This document shows, in pieces, positions 57,073 through 64,000 of a stretch of 64,000 bases of DNA; the stretch's first letter is position 1, and each line of letters begins with the position of its first letter. The stretch spans positions 32,001 through 96,000 of the forward strand of contig CAVYZN010000011.1 in the NCBI GenBank assembly GCA_963773065.1, written 5' to 3'. Source of the DNA: an uncultured Gammaproteobacteria bacterium (GTDB lineage Bacteria > Pseudomonadota > Gammaproteobacteria > UBA9214). The notes under the pieces were generated by a model, which saw nothing but the letters and a program-made list of their open reading frames with translations, ran no database searches and had not been told where the DNA came from. Both the position numbers and the translations under genes were made by a program.

Positions 57073-58270
57073 TCAGCCGAACACCGCCCGGGGCGTGCTC
57101 TTGAAGTCTTTCGCCAGGATTTCGATGGTAATGCGCATGATCTCCCGAAAGACCTTGTCCCTGTCATTGTTGATGACGATGGGTATATTGGCCCGGTCCG
57201 CCTCGGACAACAGATAGGTTTGCAGGCGCCAGATCTCGTCAAAATGCTTGAGGTAGCGTTCCGCCCGGCGTTGCGGCACATCGGTGCTGCGTCCGCTGAT
57301 GCGCCGCTGCAGCCGTTTGCGTTTCAGTATGCCGAGCATGACCGGGATGACCACGGCCTCCTTGTCGAATTTCAGCTTCTCGATGAACGCCGGGTGGATG
57401 TGCACCCCTTCGAGGATCAGGGAGACGCGTTCCCGCAAGGCGCGCTGTATCACCGCCTCGATGGCCACCGACAGCATATCCGCCTGGGTGCGGTAGCCGT
57501 GTATCAGCAGCGTTTCCGGTATTTTGGTGAAGGTCTTCGGTTGCCCGGGCAACGCGCTCCAGGCGGCGAATGAGGAGGTGTGCAGGACGGGGAGTAGCTG
57601 CTTGGGCATCATGGTGCGCATGACCTCGCGCAGCATGTCCGTTGACTGCGTGCGGACGATCTCGAGATAACTTGCCAGCGTGGTGGCGATGGTGCTCTTC
57701 CCGCAACCGGCCGTCCCGCCGATCAGGAAGATCAACGGCCGACCGCTGTTGACGAAGTCCCGCCATATCAGCCAGCGCTGCGCGACGGCGGGGCCGAGCT
57801 TGCGTGATTGCCTGAGATAGCGGTAGGTCAGGTTGCCGAGATGCCGGGAGGTGATCTGGCCGATATACCGCTCGTTCAGATGCTTGTAGATGGTCGGTGA
57901 CGATCTCGCTGGCCTCCTCGCTCTCCAGACCGATGGTTTCAAGACAATGCTGGTACTCCAGTCTCGAAAACGGCCGCAGCATGCCGTCCCTCTGCTTGAC
58001 CTGTATCTGGAATGACAGGAGCTCCCTGTGCCCCAGGTAGCGGTGGTAGACATTGGGCCGCTTCAATGCCTTCAGGTGTTCGATGACCCGGCGGCGCAGC
58101 TCGGTGGTGTTGATCAACGACTGATCGTCGATGTCCGAGCGGATCTCCGAGGAGACCTGGTAGGCCTCCTTGAAGGATAGCCCGGCATCTTGCAGGGAAC
58201 GTATCAGGATACCGCGCAGGAACGGCACCTTGGTGTTCTCTTCCTGATCTTCAACCAGGATTTTGGCCAT
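57073..58270 (-). CDS. tandem ATP-cone + 2-phosphoglycerate kinase-like P-loop protein (apparent frameshift near 57895)
   Basis: PFLRGILIRSL and PFSR cone starts; LIGGTAGCGKST, STDMLREVMR, LHTSSF and ILEGVH motifs. Confidence 0.8.
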
Positions 58271-58408
58271 GTTTCGCGGTACCTGTTAATGTATTCCGGC
58301 GGTCATTACAATTGGCGGGCATTATATGACGATACTGTTCCCCTGACACTCGGCCCGAGGCCGGGATCGTCATCGATGTCGCATGTGGACAGCGGAGGAT
58401 ATCAGGAA

Positions 58409-59991
58409 ATGTTCAGTACGGCGGAACTCGGGCAAAAGATTCCGAAAAGCGAATACAAGCTGCGCGAGCCGGTGCTGAGACAGGAACTCCTGGAAATACA
58501 GACGGCTCTTTACCAGAGCGGCGAATTTCCGGTGATTATCGTGTTCGCCGGCGTCGATGGCGCCGGCAAGGGGGAGACGGTAAACCGGCTCAATGAATGG
58601 ATGGATCCGCGCTGGATCGTAACCAGGGCCTATGACGATCCCTCCGACGAAGAACGCGAACGGCCCGAATACTGGCGTTACTGGCGGGATCTGCCTCCCA
58701 AGGGGCGTATCGGCCTGTTTCTGAGTGCCTGGTACTCGCGGCCGCTGCTGGACCGGGTCTACGAGAAGGATACCGAAGCGCTGTTCGACGAGCGGCTGGA
58801 CCGTATCCTGGCCTTCGAGAAGGCCCTTGCCGACGATGGCGCGCTGATCCTCAAATTCTGGATGCATCTCAGCCATGTGGCTCAGAAACGCCGTTTGAAA
58901 AAACTGGAGAAGGATCCCTTGACGAACTGGCGCGTTACCCAGCGCGACTGGGATCACTGGCATATCTATGACCGATTCGAGTCCGCGGCGGAGCGGGCCA
59001 TCATGCGCACCAGCACGGGTACGGCGCCCTGGACCATCGTCGAGGGCGCGGATCCCTGTTACCGCAGCCTGACGGTCGGGATGATCGTGCGCGATGAGAT
59101 CAGCAAGCGCCTCGATGAGTTCCGCAAGAAAAGAATGGTGAGGGAGGAACTGGCCATGCTCGCCACCCCGGCCGGTGGGCAGGGCATGCCGCCGTCCGCG
59201 CCGGGCGGATCGGCAGGGACGCCGGCCTCAGCCGGCGCGGGTGCGCCGCTGCACGTCGCCACGGTGTTGTCCCGGCTGGACATGTCGCTGGCTCGCTTGC
59301 CAAGAGTGACTGCAAGCGGCTGCTGCAGGAGCAGCAGGCGCGGCTCAACTTGCTGCATCGCCGTGCGCTGAAGAAAAACACATCGACCATCATCCTGTTT
59401 GAAGGGCCGGATGCCGCCGGCAAGGGCGGCGCCATCCGCCGGATCACCGCGGCGCTCGATGCCCGCCATTACCAGGTCATACCGATAGCCGCGCCGACGG
59501 ATGAGGAGAGCGCGCAGCATTATCTGTGGCGCTTCTGGCGCCATCTTTCCCGCGCCGGGCGCATCACCCTGTTTGACCGCAGTTGGTACGGGCGCGTGCT
59601 GGTCGAGCGGGTCGAGGGGTTCGCCACGGAGGAAGAATGGCGGCGGGCCTACGCGGAGATCAATGAGTTCGAGGAGCAGTTGACGCGGCATGGCATCGTC
59701 CTGCAGAAATACTGGGTCCATATCACCAAGGAGGAGCAGTTCAAGCGCTTCAAGGAGCGCGAGGCGACGCCGCACAAGCAATGGAAACTGACGGAGGAAG
59801 ACTGGCGCAACCGGGATAAATGGGATGCTTATGAAATGGCGGTCAACGATCTCGTCGAACACACCAGCACCACTGCGGCGCCCTGGATCATGGTGGAAGG
59901 CAATGACAAGGCCTATGCGCGCATCAAGGTGATCACCGCGCTGTGCGATCGTCTGGAAGAGGTGCTGAAGGAAAGCAAGGCCGTCAAATAG
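58409..59991 (+). CDS. pap: polyphosphate:AMP phosphotransferase, two-domain PPK2 (apparent frameshift near 59300)
   Basis: MFSTAELG start; GVDGAGKG and EGPDAAGKGG Walker A motifs; FDRSWYGRVLVERVEG. Confidence 0.9.
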
Positions 59992-60011
59992 GCACGGCAA
60001 TAGGTCCAACT

Positions 60012-60058
60012 GTACGTTTCTTGTCGACGAAATAGGGGCGTTTAAAAGTCCTATTCAT
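60012..60058 (+). repeat. direct repeat copy 1 flanking the AbrB-VapC module
   Basis: GTACGTTTCTTGTCGACGAAATAGGGGCGTTTAAAAGTCCTATTCAT. Confidence 0.85.
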
Positions 60059-60111
60059 CACACGACGCCATCAATCGTTCCAGCTATCCCGCCGGTGTAT
60101 CCTGATTCCTG

Positions 60112-60165
60112 ATATGTATTACATATAAATATTGACTTACATTTTCATGTAATCATACAATGATT
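60112..60165 (+). promoter_or_regulatory. sigma70 promoter with overlapping operator palindromes
   Basis: TTGACT (60132) -18 bp- TACAAT (60156); palindromes ATATGTA-T-TACATAT and TTACAT-N4-ATGTAA. Confidence 0.7.
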
Positions 60166-60184
60166 CATAAATAGGAGAATCATT

Positions 60185-60415
60185 GTGGAAACCACCATCA
60201 CCGTAAAAGGTCAGATCGTCATCCCTGCCGGCGTGCGCCGCAAGTTCGGTCTGAAAGAAGGCACCCGCATCCAGGTGGACGTCGACGAGCAGGAGCACCG
60301 CATCATCCTGACCCCGATCACCCGCGAATACGTGGAGCGGCTGCGCGGCCGTTACCGCGGCAAGGGGCTGTTGAAGGCGTTGGCCGCCGAGAAGAAGCAC
60401 GAAAGGGTGCTGTAA
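60185..60415 (+). CDS. AbrB/MazE-type antitoxin
   Basis: ITVKGQIVIPAGVRRKFGLKEG. Confidence 0.9.
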   Translation: METTITVKGQIVIPAGVRRKFGLKEGTRIQVDVDEQEHRIILTPITREYVERLRGRYRGKGLLKALAAEKKHERVL

Positions 60416-60825
60416 TGGCGCGCAAGCCGAAGACGGTCGTACTCGACTCGTGGGCGGTGCTGGCGTTTCTGGAAGATGAACCTGCCGGGCAGCAGGTCGG
60501 TGAAATCATCGCGGACACCCACGAGCACAACATTCCGCTGCTGATGACCACCGTCAACGCCGGCGAGGTCTGGTACATCGTCGCCCGCGAGGTTTCCGAG
60601 CCCGAGGCGGACAAGTGCATCGAGAGTATGTTGAAGATCGGCATCGAGTTCGTCGCGGCGGATTGGAGCCTCGCGCGCAGCGCCGGAGGCTTTAAGGCGC
60701 GGCACAGGATGTCCTACGCCGACTGTTTCGCCGCAGCGCTGGCCAAGGAATGCAAGGCCGAGCTCGTGACCGGAGACAAGGAGTTCAAGCAGGTTGGGAA
60801 GGAGGTGGCGGTACATTGGGTGTGA
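60415..60825 (+). CDS. vapC: VapC PIN toxin
   Basis: VLDSWAVLA, NAGE, SYADCFA and VTGD motifs. Confidence 0.9.
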   Translation: MARKPKTVVLDSWAVLAFLEDEPAGQQVGEIIADTHEHNIPLLMTTVNAGEVWYIVAREVSEPEADKCIESMLKIGIEFVAADWSLARSAGGFKARHRMSYADCFAAALAKECKAELVTGDKEFKQVGKEVAVHWV

Positions 60826-60996
60826 TTGCATGGGATTCTTCGGACATCTATGTTCCGCGATCATCCCCAACGCGCCGGTCACACGTCCGAGAGGCCAAAG
60901 GGTCTCGACATTGGGCGCCACGCGTTGATGAATGGCCCGGAAAGTCCCTGATGATGGACCGTGATCTCGCGTGCTTGACAGCCCAGCGGCCCAGCC

Positions 60997-61042
60997 GTAC
61001 TTTTCTTGTCGACGAAAAAGGCCGTTTAAGAGTCCTATTCAT
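60997..61042 (+). repeat. direct repeat copy 2 flanking the AbrB-VapC module
   Basis: GTACTTTTCTTGTCGACGAAAAAGGCCGTTTAAGAGTCCTATTCAT. Confidence 0.85.
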
Positions 61043-61316
61043 TTCATCACCGTCAGGCGGGCATCATCTCGCCAACAAAAAAACGCTCACCGGTTAGCTG
61101 ATTTCGATCTGTCCACCGCATATTTGCCGAAACCCGGCGACGTGCAGCCCGAGATGAGCGTGATTACAGGGATCTGAACCCAGGCAATGGGCGGTTGTTT
61201 TTCGCAAAAAAATGGGGCTTTATGCTGCATATACCCAACCCCAATCGCTCGTGACTCTGTCCTGAGTAGGGCTGTGCTGTGGGATCGGCTATACTGCTCC
61301 GGAGGAGGTGTCCAGC

Positions 61317-61538
61317 ATGAAAATTCAATTGACCGCCGTTTTCCAGAAAGTACCTGAGGGTTACATCGCCTTCATTGAGGAGTTGACGGGCGCCAATACT
61401 CAAGGCGCCACGTTGGAGGAGGCGCGCGCCAACCTGGAGGAAGCCGTTGCCCTGGTGCTGGAGGCCAATCGCGCCTTGGCTGAAGAAGATCTGCAGGGAT
61501 CCGAGGTGATTCGCGAGCCCCTGCGGCTCACTGCATGA
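61317..61538 (+). CDS. hicB: HicB family antitoxin
   Basis: GYIAFIEELTGANTQGATLEEARANLEEA. Confidence 0.88.
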   Translation: MKIQLTAVFQKVPEGYIAFIEELTGANTQGATLEEARANLEEAVALVLEANRALAEEDLQGSEVIREPLRLTA

Positions 61539-61731
61539 AGCGTCTGGAACTCATCCGCCATCTGGATGCACATGGCTGTCGGTTGCTTCGGGAGGGCGGT
61601 AACCATAGGTGTATCTCAATCCTGAAGCCCGCAAGGTTACTACCGTGCCGCGGCATCGAGAGATCAATGAGCATCTTGCCCGCAGGCTATGCAAGGATCT
61701 CGAAATCCCTGTGGTCGGGGCCTCGCGTTGA
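61535..61731 (+). CDS. hicA: HicA family toxin (apparent frameshift near 61607)
   Basis: MKRLELIRHL..HGC.LLREGGNH, then VYLNP...TVPRHREI..LARRLCKDLEIP in another frame. Confidence 0.8.
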
Positions 61732-61777
61732 CGCATAGGTGTGCATGAAACACATCGGGTTCAGGTCTAACATTCGG

Positions 61778-61892
61778 ATCATAAAACGCCTCACACTGTT
61801 ATTGACACGCAAGGGCTATCTCGTTGCAGAGCAGGGGATGACCTATCTGGCTGATACCGATCCGGATGCCGTGCTCGGATCCCTGCAAGCGG
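61778..61892 (+). mobile_element. IS91-like (Y2) transposase internal remnant
   Basis: IKRLTLLLTRKGYLVAEQGMTYLADTDPDAVLGSLQA resembles a segment of IS91-family transposases (recalled, not searched). Confidence 0.5.
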
Positions 61893-61918
61893 TGCGAATC
61901 ACCGATTCGAGGCAGGAT

Positions 61919-62163
61919 TCAATGCCGGAAGCTTTTCAGCAGCGCTTCCCGATCAACGCTTTTGTGCCGCGAGACAGCGCGAAGAATGCTGTTCAAGGTG
62001 CCGATACGGAGTGCGATGTGGTCCGGTACGGCGAGGCGCTGATGCCCGGGTTCTTCGGTTGAAGAATAATGTGGCTGCCCTGCTGATGTACGATACGATA
62101 TCCCCAATCGCGGCATAGCCCCTAATCGACCTGCCGCCCGCTCAAGTCCCTCGGCAGCTTCAT
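61919..62163 (-). CDS. hicA: second HicA family toxin (apparent frameshifts)
   Basis: MKLPRDLSG...HQQGSHIIL...VPDH..LRIGTLNSILR. Confidence 0.75.
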
Positions 62164-62375
62164 GCGCAGGCGAGGACTTCGTCGCGCACCAGATGCAGTC
62201 GAATGGAAGAAGGGAGATTATCGGGTTGATCGAAATAATAAGCGTGCACGGCTTGGCGCACGTTATCGCGCAACTGCGCCCAGGTATCCGCCTGGGTGAA
62301 TATCGGCTCCGTGAGGCATTCCGTGCAGAAACCGCCGTCGGCTTCCTGGGTAACCTCGAAGATCAACTCGCTCAT
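62160..62375 (-). CDS. short HicB-like antitoxin
   Basis: MSELIFEVTQEADGGF...IFTQADTW..LRDNVRQAV; overlaps the hicA start. Confidence 0.78.
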   Translation of the reverse strand: MSELIFEVTQEADGGFCTECLTEPIFTQADTWAQLRDNVRQAVHAYYFDQPDNLPSSIRLHLVRDEVLACA

Positions 62376-62438
62376 GGCTGGAATTCTAATCTTCAATTGA
62401 TGACGGTACAAGAAAACTACAATTCGGGGACATTGGTG

Positions 62439-62660
62439 TTAACCGTAGCACCCCTCGATGTAGTCGGCGATCTCCCTGTGGCAGGACGTGACGAACATGG
62501 TCTCGGTGGCGACGTGCTCCACGACCTTGCCCATCAGCATGAAATGCATTCCTCGCTGGCGCGGCGCGCCTGGGCCATGTTATGGGTCACGATGAGGATG
62601 GTGTATGTACCGCGCAGGTCCCAAATCAATTCCTCAACGGCCTCGGTGCCCTTGGGTAGA
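62439..62660 (-). pseudogene. pstB: PstB phosphate ABC ATPase, C-terminal remnant
   Basis: EELIWDLRGTYTILIVTHNMAQARRAS...GKVVEH...DYIEGCYG*; no N-terminal part. Confidence 0.7.
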
Positions 62661-62846
62661 ACGGAAAATAAATCTGTCATTTTATTCTCGGTACGTAGAA
62701 ATACGTAGCCGTGAGCCAGGTATGGCCACACCGGCGTCATAGGGTTGGTACATCTCACCATCAAAGCGCCTCGAACTCGCCGTCTCGCGGCTCCAACTGT
62801 CGCGGAACTTCGTTGCGAAGTGGCGTTGGATTTCCTACCCTTAAGC

Positions 62847-64000
62847 ATGACCTCGACGCATTCGAAACGCGTATTTATTTCCTACCGCCGCGACGATGCG
62901 GCGCCCCACGCGCGGAACATCGAGCAGGCGCTCGACGAACGGTTCAGCGACGATCGGGTGTTCTTGGACCAGCGTGACATCGAGGCCGGCGTGGAGTTTC
63001 CACGCAGGATCGCCGAGGCGCTCGACGCAAGCGATGTCGTAGTCGTCGTCATCGGTAGCAAATGGGAAAACATCAAGGACGGTGCAGGCCAACGACGGCT
63101 CGACAATCCGCAGGACTTTGTCCGCATCGAGATCGCCACTGCGCTGCAATCCGGAAAACGCGTCATCCCCGTACTCGTCGACGATGCGCAAATGCCGCGG
63201 GCTGAGGCACTTCCAACGCCCCTGGCAAGGCTCGCGGATCTGAACGCGTTAACGATCAGCAACCAGCGAATCCTGGAGGATGTGGCGCATCTGGTTGATG
63301 CGGTCGAGGGACGATCGGCACAAGAGCGCGCCTGGAAACTGCTGTTGAGGGCGCTGGTTGTCGGGCTGCTGATCGCGCCGCTGCTGTTTTTTCTGCTCGG
63401 TAAGATTCGTTTTTTCGAGGGATTCTTCGGCCTGGATATTCACCTCGAAAGCCTGTTGGCGGCGTATTCGACGCGGCATGATACGCCGGCGTTGCGGGAA
63501 CGTATTGCGCTGGTCGTGATCGATGCCGATTCGCAACGCCGACTCGGCATCGGGCCGGACGATCCGGCCGCGTGGCGAGAATAGCATGCAGATCTGATTC
63601 GTACGCTCACCGCTGCCGGCGTGCGGATGATCGTGTTCGATTTCCGCTTCGATGGCGCGAGCGACGACGACGAACTCGTGCTCAAGGCGCTGCATGAGGC
63701 GAAACGTCACGGGGTGCCGGTCATTGCCGGCGTTACTTCGTTCGATCCGCAGGGGAATCCTGTCAGCGATGCGGGATTCAAGGATGCAATCACCGCCTGG
63801 GGACACGCCTGCCTCGGGATGAAAAATAATGCGCTACCGACGGTAAACCTCGCGTTGCGACGCAAGCATGGCGGCATCGTACGCTCCCTGTCGCTGGCCG
63901 CCGCGCAGCACTCGGCCACCGCCGAATCCCCGTTTCGCATAGAGTCGGGCCACTCCCTTCAGATCATGGACGGTACCGGCAGCGGCAACTACGTCGCATT
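62847..64000 (+). CDS. TIR domain - TM - CHASE2 protein, in-frame TAG at 63582-63584, runs off the window end
   Basis: VFISYRRDD, VVIGSKW and DFVRIEI (TIR_2); TM; IALVVID, then WRE*HADLIRTL..AGVRMIVFDFRF (CHASE2) in the same frame. Confidence 0.8.

Noticed and set aside
60000-62700. Integron cassette array
   Set aside because: No intI, genes lie in both orientations, and I found no convincing paired RYYYAAC/GTTRRRY attC sites; a lone GTCTAAC at about 61764 has no partner

Overview
GC-rich Gammaproteobacterial chromosomal segment, probably from an indel-prone long-read or metagenomic assembly, since many essential genes carry single frameshifts. Core blocks in order: the 3' end of orn; glcDEF plus an RhdA-type rhodanese; an isc operon lacking iscU (iscR-iscS-iscA-hscB-hscA-fdx-iscX); ndk-rlmN-pilW-rodZ(short)-hisS-yfgM-bamB-der, lacking ispG; dolP-diaA/gmhA-yraN-lpoA with rsmI; and queG with nnr-tsaE-amiB-mutL-miaA-hfq-hflXKC-yjeT-hisZ-purA. 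Accessory block 1 (11.0-19.5 kb) holds two poly-Gly lipoproteins flanking a beta-barrel, one with 4x300-bp Ig-like repeats and 7 FG-GAP repeats, followed by mcl-mtkAB. Accessory block 2 (27.5-36.1 kb) is a defence islet with type I HsdR, a fused HsdM-HsdS, an HTH-IrrE peptidase + PIN pair, and a ParE module bracketed by a duplicated dolP 3' end. Accessory block 3 (56-64 kb) holds a phosphate/polyphosphate cluster (SixA-Nudix fusion, tandem ATP-cone 2-phosphoglycerate-kinase-like protein, double PPK2, pstB remnant), three more toxin-antitoxin (TA) pairs, an IS91-like remnant and a TIR-TM-CHASE2 receptor-like gene with an in-frame amber codon. Several palindromic miniature elements lie in intergenic regions. 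I saw no tRNA, rRNA or CRISPR array. All family assignments come from motif recognition by eye, not database searches.
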